DNA of 43,307 nt from a virus (lineage: Duplodnaviria > Caudoviricetes). Numbering within the stretch: position 1 is the first letter of the stretch; the number at the start of each line of letters is the position of its first letter. The notes under the pieces were generated by a model. That model did no database searches. It worked only from the letters and a program-made list of their open reading frames with translations, and had not been told where the DNA came from. Made by a program: the position numbers and the translations under genes. Location: positions 1 to 43,307 of the IMG/VR virus record IMGVR_UViG_3300016484_001134. One strand, given 5' to 3'. Positions 23,548 to 33,981 of this stretch are shown here, piece after piece.

Positions 23548-25629
23548 GTGAGCGACACCGAAGTCACCTCCGGCCCGCGTTACTGGCTCAAGGAGATCGC
23601 CTCCGCCTTGACGCGGGAGAAGCTCTTCCGCAAGGTGGCGAAGGAGGCCGTGTCGCTGTACGAGTGCGAAAAGGCGGAGCAGGCCCCTTACAACATCCTC
23701 TACTCGAACACTGAAACGATGTCCCCGGCGCTGTACAACAGCACCCCCCGGCCGGACGTCGACCGCCGCTTCAAAGACGGGGACAAGCTCGGCCTCATGG
23801 CGGCGCGGCTGCTCGAGCGGGCCCTGAAATACCAGATCGACAACAGCGATTCGGAGGACACCCCCTTCGACAACCTGGTTGAGTCCGCGGTCAAGGAGGC
23901 CTTGGTCCCAGGCCGGGGGCTGACCTGGTTCAAGTACGACGCCGACGTCGAAAAGACCGAAGACGGTCAGGAACGCGTCAAGTCGGAATATGTCTTCGGT
24001 GAGGAGGTGCCCTGGGACCGCTTCTGCCATGGGTATGGGAAAAAGTGGAAGGACGTGCCCTGGATCGCCAGGGAGCACGCTATGACTCCCGAGGAAGTGG
24101 CGAAGAACTTCGGCAAGGGGGCGGCAGCTGGCCTGGAATTCAGCACCCGCCGGGCCGAGGAAGAATCGACCGAAGCCAAGGGCATGTTTGGTACCCGCGA
24201 TGCGGAAGCTGAAAACGTCAAGCTCGCGACGGTGTGGGAGATCTGGGACAAGCGCACGCGCAAGGTCTACTTCGTCTCCCCGAACAACCCCAACGCCTTC
24301 CTCAAGGAACTCGACGATCCGCTGAACCTCAAGCGCTTCTTCCCCTGCCCGAAGCCTCTGATCTTCTTCGAAAAGATCAGCGGATGTCTGCCTGGTGTGC
24401 TATACGAGACGTACCTGCAGCAGGCCCAGGAACTCAACGTCGTCACGACCAGGATCAACAGAATCACCCGGGCGCTAAGGGTCCGCGGCTTCTACGACAG
24501 CAGCATTGAAGGCTTGGACAAGGTCCTCGCAGCCGACGACAACACCATGATCCCGATCGAGAATGCAGCCATGTATTCCGGTCAGGGCATGTCGCTGGAC
24601 AAAGCCATCTGGCTCATGCCGATCGAGAAGCTGGTCACGGTGCTGCAGCAGCTCTACGACCAGCGCCAGGCCATCAAGCAGGTGATTTTCGAAATCACTG
24701 GCATCGCTGACATCATGCGGGGGTCGACACAGGCTTCGGAGACCCTCGGCGCGCAGCAGCTCAAGAACCAGTGGGGCACCCTCCGCCTCAAGCGGGCTCA
24801 AAAGGCCGTGGCGAGCTACGTGCGGGACTGTCTGCGGATCATGGCGGAAATCACAGTTCACAAAATGTCGGCCAAGACCCTCGCGGCGATGACTGGCATG
24901 AACCTGCCCACCTCGCAGCAGAAGGAAATGGCGCAACAGGCCCTTCAGCAACTGCAAATGGCGCAGCAGATGGGGCAGGCCCCCGCCCCTGGTCCGACCG
25001 CGCAGGAGTTCCAACGCCTGCTAGATACCCCTTCCTGGGAAGAAGTGATGGGGCTGCTGCAAGACGACCTTCTGCGCTGCTACCGTATCGACATCGAGAC
25101 CAATTCCACTGTCGATGCCGAGGCCACGGAGGACAAGCAGGACATCACCGAGGTGATGCAGGCAATGGGGCAGTTCTTCTCCGCCGTCGGCCCCCTGGTC
25201 GAAAAGGGGGTGATGGACTACGAAATTGCCAAAAACATGCTGCTGGTGATCGTCCGCCGCTTCCGCTTCGGCAGGGAGTTCGAGGAAGCCGTCGAAGGCA
25301 TGCAGCCCCCCGCCCCGCCGCAGAACCAGGACGAGCAAGCCGCTCAAAAGGCCGCGGCGGAAGCGGCAATGATGACTGCGCAGGCCAAAATCGCGGAAAT
25401 CAAGGCCAAGGCCGAAGCCACTGCCCAAAAGCACCAAGACGACATGGAAATGCAGCGGATGAAAATGGACCTCGAACGGCAAAAGCACGCGCTGGAACTG
25501 CAAAAGATCCAGCAACAGGCCGCTGCGCAGATCGCTGTCAATCAGTCAGCTCCGGCCGGAGGCCCGCCTGCCAATCCGTCATCCAACGCCCCGGTCAAAA
25601 AGCCGGCCCAGCAACGCCCTTCCCGGTAA
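23548..25629 (+). CDS. Portal protein
   Basis: About 693 aa; position after TerL; YNILYSN, VWEIWDK, EITGIADIMRG...ETLGAQQLK; Q/A-rich C-terminal coiled coil; GAGGAG RBS before GTG. Confidence 0.88.
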   Translation: MSDTEVTSGPRYWLKEIASALTREKLFRKVAKEAVSLYECEKAEQAPYNILYSNTETMSPALYNSTPRPDVDRRFKDGDKLGLMAARLLERALKYQIDNSDSEDTPFDNLVESAVKEALVPGRGLTWFKYDADVEKTEDGQERVKSEYVFGEEVPWDRFCHGYGKKWKDVPWIAREHAMTPEEVAKNFGKGAAAGLEFSTRRAEEESTEAKGMFGTRDAEAENVKLATVWEIWDKRTRKVYFVSPNNPNAFLKELDDPLNLKRFFPCPKPLIFFEKISGCLPGVLYETYLQQAQELNVVTTRINRITRALRVRGFYDSSIEGLDKVLAADDNTMIPIENAAMYSGQGMSLDKAIWLMPIEKLVTVLQQLYDQRQAIKQVIFEITGIADIMRGSTQASETLGAQQLKNQWGTLRLKRAQKAVASYVRDCLRIMAEITVHKMSAKTLAAMTGMNLPTSQQKEMAQQALQQLQMAQQMGQAPAPGPTAQEFQRLLDTPSWEEVMGLLQDDLLRCYRIDIETNSTVDAEATEDKQDITEVMQAMGQFFSAVGPLVEKGVMDYEIAKNMLLVIVRRFRFGREFEEAVEGMQPPAPPQNQDEQAAQKAAAEAAMMTAQAKIAEIKAKAEATAQKHQDDMEMQRMKMDLERQKHALELQKIQQQAAAQIAVNQSAPAGGPPANPSSNAPVKKPAQQRPSR

Positions 25630-25635
25630 CTTACC

Positions 25636-26064
25636 ATGCCCATCTACGCCTACGCCTGCATCGTCTGCGGCCACAAGCACGACGTTGTCAAGCCCATTGC
25701 CGAACTCGATCGAGTGGAGGCCTGCCAAAAGTGCGACTACCCGATGCAGCGGCAGATCTGCGCCCCGGCGGTCGTCGGGGACTATGCTGGCTACGAATGC
25801 CCGGTGAGCGGCAAGTGGATCGAAGGCAGGCGGGCGCATGAAGAGAACCTGCGCAAGCACGGCTGTCGAGTGCTGGAGCCGGGGGAAACCCAGCAAGTCG
25901 TCGACACCCAGCGCCGCCTGGATCGTGAATTCGACAAGAACGTCGAAGCCACCGCCGAGCAGTTCGTCGAAACCCTGCCGACCCGCAAGCGGGAAAAGCT
26001 GATCGCTGAAATCGAGCAGGGCGTCGATGCACAAGTGATCCGTCAAACCCCTGCCACCGCCTAA
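25636..26064 (+). CDS. FmdB-like zinc-ribbon protein
   Basis: MPIYAYACIVCGH...CQKC. Confidence 0.75.
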   Translation: MPIYAYACIVCGHKHDVVKPIAELDRVEACQKCDYPMQRQICAPAVVGDYAGYECPVSGKWIEGRRAHEENLRKHGCRVLEPGETQQVVDTQRRLDREFDKNVEATAEQFVETLPTRKREKLIAEIEQGVDAQVIRQTPATA

Positions 26065-26075
26065 AAGGAAATATC

Positions 26076-27152
26076 ATGCCCCCTGGAGAAGACTTCAATT
26101 TCGACAACGCCATCGACTCCGTGTCCCTTGGGCTCGGGTTCAACGCGGACACCAACACCGACCTGCCAGACGATCCGAAGCCGGCGCCGGGGGAAGGGGA
26201 GCTGACCAAGGAGCAGGTCACTGGTGGTACCGCCAGCCCGGCTCCTTCCCCCGCTCCCGGCGCCTCCACGGCTGCCGCTCCTGCCCCTGGCACGCAAACC
26301 ACGACGGCGCAGCCTTCTCCGGCCCCCGCCCCTGGCAAGCCCGGGTTCAGCCCTGACACCCTGCCCCGCACCTGGAAGCCGGAGCTTGCTGACAAGTGGG
26401 CTGGTATCGACCCCGACGTGCGGGCGGAGATTGCTCGCCGGGAAGAGGCCATGTTCCAGGGCCTGGAAGGCTACAAGCAGCACGCCCGGGTCGGCAACGA
26501 TTTCCAGCGTGTCATCGCTCCCTACCAGGAAAAGTATCAGCGCTACGGCGTCGACCCGATGCAGGACGTGGCTGGCCTGCTGCAAGCCCGGGACACCCTG
26601 TCCTTCGGCACCCCCGAGCAAAAGGTCGAGGTCATCCGCAACATCATCAAAGACTTCGGCATCCAGCTGCCTGAAGCCTCTGGCGGTGCCGAACCTCCCT
26701 ATGTCGACCCGCAAGTTCAGAGCTTGCAGAAAGAATTGCAGGACGTAAAGTCCACGCTATCGAGGGCGGACGCCGAGCGTGCCGCGGCCTACCAAGCCGA
26801 AGCGCGCCGACAGGTCGAAGCCTTCGCCGGAGATCCTGCCAACATCTACTTCAACGACGTTGCCGACGACATCGCGCAGCTGATGCGAAGTGGGGTTTGC
26901 AAGGACCTCAAAGAAGCCTACGACAAAGCAGTGTGGGCGAACCCTGTCACTCGGGCCAAGGAACTCCAGCGGCAAACCGAAGCCGCTGCGGCCAAGACCA
27001 AGGAACAGGAAGCCGCTCATGCTGCTGCCGCCCGCAAGGCGACCGGGGCGAATGTGCGCACGAGTGCGAAGAGTGCGGGCGGGACGGCCCCTGCTGGAAG
27101 CATCGACGACACGCTGGCTGAAACTCTGGCCGCAATCCGCGGCCGGCCGTGA
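26076..27152 (+). CDS. Capsid scaffolding protein
   Basis: P/A-rich N-terminus and helical charged body; lies between portal and capsid genes. Confidence 0.75.
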   Translation: MPPGEDFNFDNAIDSVSLGLGFNADTNTDLPDDPKPAPGEGELTKEQVTGGTASPAPSPAPGASTAAAPAPGTQTTTAQPSPAPAPGKPGFSPDTLPRTWKPELADKWAGIDPDVRAEIARREEAMFQGLEGYKQHARVGNDFQRVIAPYQEKYQRYGVDPMQDVAGLLQARDTLSFGTPEQKVEVIRNIIKDFGIQLPEASGGAEPPYVDPQVQSLQKELQDVKSTLSRADAERAAAYQAEARRQVEAFAGDPANIYFNDVADDIAQLMRSGVCKDLKEAYDKAVWANPVTRAKELQRQTEAAAAKTKEQEAAHAAAARKATGANVRTSAKSAGGTAPAGSIDDTLAETLAAIRGRP

Positions 27153-27184
27153 CGACGAACTTTTGCAAAGCAGAGGACTGACAA

Positions 27185-28156
27185 ATGGCATCCCCCAATA
27201 GCGTCTTCACCGAACTGGTGACCACGACCTACCGGAAGCACCGGAAGGACATTAAGGACAACGTGTCCAACAACAACGCGCTGCTGCGCCGCATCCTCGA
27301 TCGCGGCCAGACGCGGAGCGAAGACGGCGGCCTGTCGATCGTGACCCCGCTCGACTACGCTGCGAACTCGACCTACCAGCGCTACAGCGGCTTCGACGTG
27401 CTGAACGTCGGTGCGAGCGACGTGATCAGCGCGGCCGAGTACCAGTGGCGCCAGATCGCGATCAACGTCGTGGCGAGCGGTCTGGAACTCCGGACCAACA
27501 GCGGCGACACGCGGATCATCAACTTGGTCAAGTCCAAGATGAAGAACGCGATGCGGACCTTCAAGAACAACTTCTCGTCGGACATCTACTCCGACGGGAC
27601 GCTGGCCAACCAGGTCAACGGCATCCAGGCCCTGATCGCCGACACCGGCACCGGCACCGTCGGCGGCATCGACTCGTCGACCTGGTCGTTCTGGAAGAAC
27701 AAGGTCCAGTCCGCCGCCGCACCGATCCAGGGCGGCGGCGCGATCGTGGTCAGCTCGACGACCATGGAAAGCCTGATGCTGCCCCTGTGGCTGCAGCTGG
27801 TCCGCGGCGACGACTCGCCCGATCTGATCGTGATGGACAACAACTACTTCACGTTCTACGAGCAGTCGCAGACCTCCATCAAGCGGTACACCAGCAGCGA
27901 GAAGGCCCAGGGCGGCTTCGTCTCGCTGAAGTACAAGACCGCTGACGTGATCTTCGACGGCGGCAGCGGCATCCCGGCGAACCACGCGTACTTCATGAAC
28001 ACCAACTACATCGAGCTGGTGGTCCACAAGGACGCTGACATGACCGTCATGGACGAGATGAAGCCGTACAACCAGGACGCTGCGGTCGTGCCGATTCTCT
28101 GGATGGGCAACCTGACCTGCAGCAACCGCGCCCTGCAAGGGGTGCAGAAGGCCTGA
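27185..28156 (+). CDS. Major capsid protein
   Basis: 323 aa; strongest codon bias in the window; DNVSNNNALL, YSDGT, NGIQALI, TVGGID, GNLTCSNR. Confidence 0.88.
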   Translation: MASPNSVFTELVTTTYRKHRKDIKDNVSNNNALLRRILDRGQTRSEDGGLSIVTPLDYAANSTYQRYSGFDVLNVGASDVISAAEYQWRQIAINVVASGLELRTNSGDTRIINLVKSKMKNAMRTFKNNFSSDIYSDGTLANQVNGIQALIADTGTGTVGGIDSSTWSFWKNKVQSAAAPIQGGGAIVVSSTTMESLMLPLWLQLVRGDDSPDLIVMDNNYFTFYEQSQTSIKRYTSSEKAQGGFVSLKYKTADVIFDGGSGIPANHAYFMNTNYIELVVHKDADMTVMDEMKPYNQDAAVVPILWMGNLTCSNRALQGVQKA

Positions 28157-28157
28157 T

Positions 28158-28199
28158 GAATCTCCGACGGATTATGCCATCGTAATCCGTCGGCATTTC
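28158..28199. promoter_or_regulatory. 42-bp palindromic element copy 5, directly after the capsid stop codon
   Basis: GAATCT ccga CGGATTA tgccatcg TAATCCG tcgg CATTTC, with perfect 11-bp arms. Confidence 0.75.
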
Positions 28200-28223
28200 G
28201 CCTTCCACTGAAAGGATCGAATC

Positions 28224-28937
28224 ATGTACTCCCCCCTTGTCCCCATCCTGAACGGCTCCCCGTTCAACGACTGGTTCTCCCCGGACACCACTCAGCGCAT
28301 GGCGCTCGGGACGAAAATCCCGGCCGTCGACCCCTACTGGGGCCTGGGCGTCTTCGTCTACGTCAAGTCCACCGACACGATCCTCAAGGGCTCGTGGGTC
28401 GTCTGGGACGAGTCCTATAACGCCGTGCTGCTCCCCAACACGGCCAACCAGGGCTTCCCCTGCGGCGTCTCCATGAACGCCATGGCTTCCGGCACCTACG
28501 GCTGGATCATGATCGAAGGCCGCGCGGTCTACAAGACCAACGCCACGGTCGCTGCGGACGCCGCCATCGGCATCACCGCAGCCGGCATCGTCGGCGCCAA
28601 CACGGCTGGCAAGCAGATCCTCGGCGCGCGCAATCGCGTTGCAGCGACCGGCACCAAGACCGTCTCCGGGACGACCACGACCGGCAGCGCCGCGATCCAA
28701 ACTACCGGCTACGACGGCTTCTTCCTCGGCATGGCCCTGTCTGGCACCGGCATCCCGGCCTCGACCGTGGTGGCGAAGCTCGACCCCGACGGCAAGACGA
28801 TCTACACCGGCTCGGCCGTTGGCACTGTCGGTGACAAGAACGCCACCGCCAGCGGCACCGTGACGGTCACGGGCACCTACACCGGCTACGGCTCCGGCAT
28901 CATCGCCAACCCCGTGGCCCAGGGCGCCATCACCTAA
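28224..28937 (+). CDS. Putative head decoration / minor capsid protein
   Basis: G/T/A-rich 237 aa following the capsid gene; high codon bias. Confidence 0.65.
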   Translation: MYSPLVPILNGSPFNDWFSPDTTQRMALGTKIPAVDPYWGLGVFVYVKSTDTILKGSWVVWDESYNAVLLPNTANQGFPCGVSMNAMASGTYGWIMIEGRAVYKTNATVAADAAIGITAAGIVGANTAGKQILGARNRVAATGTKTVSGTTTTGSAAIQTTGYDGFFLGMALSGTGIPASTVVAKLDPDGKTIYTGSAVGTVGDKNATASGTVTVTGTYTGYGSGIIANPVAQGAIT

Positions 28938-28958
28938 AGCCTCCCCTCTCCAGGGCTT

Positions 28959-28990
28959 CCTCGGCGGCTTCCATGCCGCCGGGGTTTTTT
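28959..28990 (+). terminator. Rho-independent terminator
   Basis: CCTCGGCGGC-ttccat-GCCGCCGGGG followed by TTTTTT. Confidence 0.85.
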
Positions 28991-29017
28991 GGAGAGTCAC
29001 TTAACCTGGAGATAGGA

Positions 29018-29638
29018 ATGGGAATCACGATCGCAGAAGCCCGCCCCCCGTACGTCACCTTCGAGGTGCAAGCGGTGGAGGACAGGGCCGAGAGTGAGAA
29101 GGTCGGGCACTACGTGTCCAAGGATGTGCACTTCGCCATCATCACGCCGCAAGGGTCCAAGGATCGCATCGTGCGGCAGGTCGACGAGTGGCTGACGCAG
29201 TCCGAGCAGCAGGTCCAAGAAATGCGCCTGCCGGAGACCTGGCTCAAGCACTACAAGGCTCTTTATGCGGCCTGGAGGGAAGGCGTCGCCGCCCCGGTCA
29301 ACGGTACGTCGATTCGGGACTGGGCTGGTCTGAGCCCGTCGCAAGTCGAAAACCTCACTCGCGCCCGTGTGCTGACGGTCGAAGACCTCGCAGCGGCGAA
29401 CGAGGAAACCCTGGCCCGCATCGGCATGGGCGGCCGTTCCCTCAAGGACCGTGCGGTGACCTGGCTGCAATCGACGAGCGGCGAGGTGCTGGAACTCAAG
29501 CGGCAAAACGCCGATCTGTCCGAGAAGCTGGCCAAGGCCGTCGCGGCGCTGGAAGCAATCGCGGCCCAAGAGGAAGCGCGGAAACAGCCTGGGTATCCCG
29601 AAGAGCCAAAAGTCCCCCAGACCTCCCGCAAGCTCTAA
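29018..29638 (+). CDS. Conserved hypothetical protein (HhH-like segment plus coiled coil)
   Basis: VLTVEDLAAANEETLARIGMGG; GGAG RBS. Confidence 0.7.
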   Translation: MGITIAEARPPYVTFEVQAVEDRAESEKVGHYVSKDVHFAIITPQGSKDRIVRQVDEWLTQSEQQVQEMRLPETWLKHYKALYAAWREGVAAPVNGTSIRDWAGLSPSQVENLTRARVLTVEDLAAANEETLARIGMGGRSLKDRAVTWLQSTSGEVLELKRQNADLSEKLAKAVAALEAIAAQEEARKQPGYPEEPKVPQTSRKL

Positions 29639-29647
29639 GGACTCACC

Positions 29648-30379
29648 ATGCCCAACACCCTGCTCCAGATCTGCCAAAAGTTCGCCGGCCGGCAGGGTCT
29701 TGGGCTCCCGGCTTCCGTCGCAGCAAGCTCCGACCCCGCTGTCCTCCAGCTCAAGGGCCTGCTGGAGGAATTCTGCGACGACCTCTCCACGAGGAAGTTC
29801 TGGCAAGCCACGACCATCGAAGCCACTTTCACAACCGTGGCTGCGGAAGACCAGGGGGCGATTTCAACTCTCTTCCCCCTGGGCTTCGAAGGCGTCGTTC
29901 GAGACACAATGTTCGACCGGACCCAGAGCCTAAACGTCGTCGGCGGGGTGTCGGCGGACGAATGGCAAGCCCGCAAGGCCCACAACTTCTCCGGGCCGAT
30001 GTACAGATTCCGCATCCGGCGCAATCGGCTCCTGATGAACCCAGCGCCGGCGGCTGGCCACGTCATCGCCCTGGAGTACTTCTCCAACTACTTCATCCAG
30101 GGCTCAGACGGCTCCCCTCCCGTTACCACCTACCGCCGCTACTTCGAGTCCGACACAGACATCTGCCTGGTCGACGACGCCCTCCCCATTGCCTACCTGC
30201 GATGGGCCTGGAAAAAGGACAAGGGCCTCGACTACGCGGAGGACTTCACCACCTACGAGAGGCTGCTGGCTTCCAAGGCCTCGAAGGACGCCCGTCCGCA
30301 GGCGGTTTGCCTAGACTCCGAGTCCCACCCTGCCCAAGGCCCTGGTATCATCATTTCCCCTGGAAGCTGGCCCCTATGA
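29648..30379 (+). CDS. Head-tail adaptor (tail tubular protein A-like)
   Basis: Size and position; TLLQIC N-terminus, KGLDYAEDF. Confidence 0.65.
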   Translation: MPNTLLQICQKFAGRQGLGLPASVAASSDPAVLQLKGLLEEFCDDLSTRKFWQATTIEATFTTVAAEDQGAISTLFPLGFEGVVRDTMFDRTQSLNVVGGVSADEWQARKAHNFSGPMYRFRIRRNRLLMNPAPAAGHVIALEYFSNYFIQGSDGSPPVTTYRRYFESDTDICLVDDALPIAYLRWAWKKDKGLDYAEDFTTYERLLASKASKDARPQAVCLDSESHPAQGPGIIISPGSWPL

Positions 30380-31950
30380 TGCGCTTCCCCGCTCGTTCCA
30401 AGCGCCAACAGCGGCAGGAAATTCTCGACGCAACGAGCCTGCCGGCGCCGATCGGAGGCTGGAACACTCGCGACCCCGAGGCGATGTTGCAGGTCAAGTA
30501 CGCCAGCCGCTTGACCAATTTCTTTCCGACTCCGGCGAATGTCCAGCTCCGCCAAGGAGCCTCCCAATGGGCTACTGGCATGCCGGGCCCGGTCAAGTCC
30601 CTTATGGCCTGGCGAGGCACGACCGGAGAAAAGCTCTTCGCAGCCACCGACACTGCAATCTACGACGTCACAGCGAGCGGGGCTGTCGGAGCCAGCGTCC
30701 AAACCATCACCAATGGCGCCTGCCAGCACGTCAACTTCAACACCACCGGCGGCAGCTTCTTGATCATCGTCAACGGCACCGACGACCTGCGCTATTACAA
30801 CGGCACTGTCTGGGCGACGGTGGCCAACTTCCCGATCAGCGGTGGCGGCACCATCAACACCAACACCATCCAGAACATCGCAGCCTTCAAGCGGGGACTG
30901 TTCTTCCTGGACGGGTCGATGAACTTCTACTACTTGCCCATCGACCAGATCAACGGCACTGTGGGCAAGTTCCCCCTCGGGGGCCTGTTCACCAAGGGCG
31001 GGTATCTGGTCGCGATCGGCGGCTGGACAATCGACGGGGGTGCCGGCGCGGATGACTACGCGGTCTTCGCCAGCTCAGAAGGCCAGATCGTCGTCTATAA
31101 GGGCACCGACCCGTCGTCCTCCAGCACCTGGTCCCTGGTCGGCACCTACGACTTCGCCCGGCCGATGGGCAAGCGCTGTTTCACCAAGAACGGCGGGGAC
31201 TTGATCTACCTGTGTGAGAGTGGGGCCTTCCCCATGGCCAAGGCTCTGCAAGCCGTCCAGCTCAACATCGCAATCGGGATCTCCGACAGCATCCGGCCTT
31301 CCTTTCAGGAAGCCGCCCGGGAGGTTGGAACGCTCCGTGGCTGGCAGGGGATCATCTACCCAGCGGCCGACATGCTGGTGGTCAACATCCCCCAGGTCCA
31401 AGACACCACCGCCATCCAGTACGTCATGAACCTCACCACTGGCGCGTGGTGTGAGTTCACCGGCTGGAACGCCTGCTGCTTCGAAACCATGGACAGCGAC
31501 CTCTACATGGGGCTGGGCGATGGCAACGTTGGCAAGTGCTGGCAGTCCGGCAACGGGGACTTCGGGGTCCCGATCACAGCCACGGCCAAGGGCGCTTTCA
31601 GCTACCTCTCCCCCAGGGCCAAGATCAAGCACGTGCGGCTGGTCCGGCCGCTGCTCCGCATGGGAGGCGTCGCCCAAACTCTGGCCGGGGCCGATTCCGA
31701 CTTCCAGGACGGCCTAACCTACTCTTCCCAGATCAGCCAATCCGTCCCCAATTACCGCTGGGACGCCGCGGGCTCGAAGTGGGACACGGCTACTTGGGGC
31801 GACCTCCCTGCGCCGAAACTTTCCTGGCTGACCGTCGACTGCTTCCCCGGCTATTGCACAGCTATTCGCTTGCAAGTTACGGCGATGGATGCAACAGTGG
31901 AGTGGATGGCAACAGACGTCGCCTACGAAGTCGGAGCGGTATTCGGATGA
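30376..31950 (+). CDS. Tail nozzle / DNA stabilization protein (tail tubular B or P22 gp10-like)
   Basis: LPAPIGGWNTRD start, beta-rich 524 aa; ATGA-type coupling to the adaptor. Confidence 0.75.
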   Translation: MMRFPARSKRQQRQEILDATSLPAPIGGWNTRDPEAMLQVKYASRLTNFFPTPANVQLRQGASQWATGMPGPVKSLMAWRGTTGEKLFAATDTAIYDVTASGAVGASVQTITNGACQHVNFNTTGGSFLIIVNGTDDLRYYNGTVWATVANFPISGGGTINTNTIQNIAAFKRGLFFLDGSMNFYYLPIDQINGTVGKFPLGGLFTKGGYLVAIGGWTIDGGAGADDYAVFASSEGQIVVYKGTDPSSSSTWSLVGTYDFARPMGKRCFTKNGGDLIYLCESGAFPMAKALQAVQLNIAIGISDSIRPSFQEAAREVGTLRGWQGIIYPAADMLVVNIPQVQDTTAIQYVMNLTTGAWCEFTGWNACCFETMDSDLYMGLGDGNVGKCWQSGNGDFGVPITATAKGAFSYLSPRAKIKHVRLVRPLLRMGGVAQTLAGADSDFQDGLTYSSQISQSVPNYRWDAAGSKWDTATWGDLPAPKLSWLTVDCFPGYCTAIRLQVTAMDATVEWMATDVAYEVGAVFG

Positions 31951-32414
31951 AACGCGTGGTGCTTGGCCAAGACGACCGGATCGGTCACTTTGTCATGCAT
32001 CATGCGGGCGGCACCTATGTCTCCGGCCGTGGAATCGGCATCGGCCTGGAAGAAAACGGCAAGCTCATGGCCGGCGTCTTGTACGAAGACTACAACGGCG
32101 CCAGCGTCGTCGGGCACGTCGCGGCAGTTCCAGGTCGCACCTGGTTGAATCGTGAATTCCTCTGGTTTTGCTTCGCTTACCCATTCCTCCAGCTCCGCGT
32201 GAAGAAGATCGTGGGGCTGGTTGGGGAGAAAAACGAAGCGGCTCGTCAGTTTGACGAGGCACTGGGGTTTGTACTTGAGACGGCACTCAAGGATGCACAC
32301 CCAGATGGCAGCTTGCTGGTCTACTCCATGACCCGCGAGCAATGCCGCTGGCTAAACATCAAGTTGAGAAAGATTCCGTCTCATGGGCAAAGCGAGTGCA
32401 CCGCCGCCGGTTGA
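31947..32414 (+). CDS. GNAT-fold acetyltransferase-like virion assembly protein
   Basis: FAYPFLQL.VKKIVGLV...N..A..F...LGF..E...VYSM.REQCRWL; usual podovirus position. Confidence 0.75.
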   Translation: MKRVVLGQDDRIGHFVMHHAGGTYVSGRGIGIGLEENGKLMAGVLYEDYNGASVVGHVAAVPGRTWLNREFLWFCFAYPFLQLRVKKIVGLVGEKNEAARQFDEALGFVLETALKDAHPDGSLLVYSMTREQCRWLNIKLRKIPSHGQSECTAAG

Positions 32415-33975
32415 CTACCAAGGGTTGAGCCAGCAGAACCAGCAGAACTCGCTGGAGCTGGCACGTTTCAACCTCGAAAACAACCGGGTCAACCAGTACA
32501 CCCCCTTTGGGTCCAGCACCTGGTCCTACACGCCGGCCGCTGGTGGGGGGCAAAGCTCCGCACCGCCGGCTGCTCCAGCCCCCCCACCACGGCAGATCTG
32601 GGTCCCTGGGGGTTATGAATCTGACCCCAACGCGGAAAGTGGCGGGAATGGGATGTGGAGGGAAGGCCATTACGAGCCAGTCCTGTACTCTGGCCCTCCG
32701 ACACCACCAGCTCCGGCGCCTGCCCCCGGCATGGGGCAGGGCGGCACGTGGTCGCAGAACATTTCGTTCTCCCCCGAACAGCAGCGTCTCTACGACGCGC
32801 AAATGCAGCTGTCGCAGGGGCTGGCTTCGACCGCGCAGAGCCAACTCGGGAGTGTGCAGAACTCCCTGAGCCAGCCGTTCAGCACCTCGGGCTTCACTCC
32901 TTGGGCCAACGTCCCGCAGGGCGGCACCAGCGCCCAGTCGCGCCTCCCTGTGCAAGGGCTGGACATGCAGCGGTACCAGGTGCAGCCGATGAACATCCAG
33001 CGGCAGTCGCTGCCGACGATGGGATCGCTGTCCAGTGGGAACGTCTCAGCGGTCGGAGGCACCCCGCTGCAGACCGAAGTCAACATGACTGGTGTGCGGC
33101 AGCTCCCTGGCCAGATCGACGACGCCTCCCGCAAGCGGGTCGAGGAGGCCTTGATGTCGCGGATCAACCCGCAATATCAGGCTGACGAACAGGCTCTGCG
33201 CACGAGGCTGCTCAACTCCGGCATCGAAGTCGGCACCGACGCCTACAACCGCGAAATGAACAATTTCGGCCAGCGGCTGAATGACGCGCGGATGCAGGCT
33301 GTGCTCGCTGGCGGGCAGGAGGAAACGCGACAAGTCGGCTTGCAGCAGGGCCTCCAGCAGCAGGAATTCGATCAGGCTGTTGGCCGAGGGCGCTTCCACA
33401 ACGACGCGTCGCAGATGGACTTCAGCCGGGCATTCTCCAATGCTCAGTTGCAGCAACAGGCCGCTGCCATCAACAACAACGCGGCGATTCAGTCCTACAT
33501 GGCCCAGCTCCAGGGCCAGGGGCAGGACTTCAACCAGCAGCTCCAGATCGGCCAGTACCAGGACCAAATGGCTGGGAACCAGTTCATGCGGGACCTGCAA
33601 GGGGCGAACTTCGCCAACTCCGCCGCGGACACCCAAACCCAACGGCAAATGCAGATCGACAACATGGTGCAAGCCATGGCTCTGCAGAACGCCCAATTCG
33701 GCAACACCCAGCGGGCGCAGCAATTCAACGAACAGCAGTTCCTTCGCCAGCTGCCGATGTCGGAACTCAACGCGCTGCGGAATGGGTCGCAGGTCCAATC
33801 CCCGAGCTTCCCGCAGTACTTCTCCGCGAACGCAAACGGTGGCGGGGATGCGCTGCAAGCCGGCGCGTTGCAAGGCCGCGACGCGATGGCCCAGTACCAA
33901 GCTGACATGCAAAACAGCAGCTCAACCATGGGCACGGTCGGGTCGATCGCGGCAATGGTCGCGATGTACTTCTAA
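32383..33975 (+). CDS. Internal virion / DNA ejection protein
   Basis: MGKASAPPPVDY...NRVNQYTPFGS; Q/N-rich, with a hydrophobic C-terminus. Confidence 0.7.
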   Translation: MGKASAPPPVDYQGLSQQNQQNSLELARFNLENNRVNQYTPFGSSTWSYTPAAGGGQSSAPPAAPAPPPRQIWVPGGYESDPNAESGGNGMWREGHYEPVLYSGPPTPPAPAPAPGMGQGGTWSQNISFSPEQQRLYDAQMQLSQGLASTAQSQLGSVQNSLSQPFSTSGFTPWANVPQGGTSAQSRLPVQGLDMQRYQVQPMNIQRQSLPTMGSLSSGNVSAVGGTPLQTEVNMTGVRQLPGQIDDASRKRVEEALMSRINPQYQADEQALRTRLLNSGIEVGTDAYNREMNNFGQRLNDARMQAVLAGGQEETRQVGLQQGLQQQEFDQAVGRGRFHNDASQMDFSRAFSNAQLQQQAAAINNNAAIQSYMAQLQGQGQDFNQQLQIGQYQDQMAGNQFMRDLQGANFANSAADTQTQRQMQIDNMVQAMALQNAQFGNTQRAQQFNEQQFLRQLPMSELNALRNGSQVQSPSFPQYFSANANGGGDALQAGALQGRDAMAQYQADMQNSSSTMGTVGSIAAMVAMYF

Positions 33976-33981
33976 TCTGCC

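Noticed and set aside
28153-28215. CTGATGA...GAAA resembling a hammerhead ribozyme core after the capsid gene
   Set aside because: Stem II does not close next to the core boxes and no stem I/III is found. The hairpin is explained by the 42-bp element.
29188-30375. 920-aa version of the tail nozzle ORF
   Set aside because: The upstream part overlaps two credible genes and is R/P-rich nonsense. The true start is about 30376.
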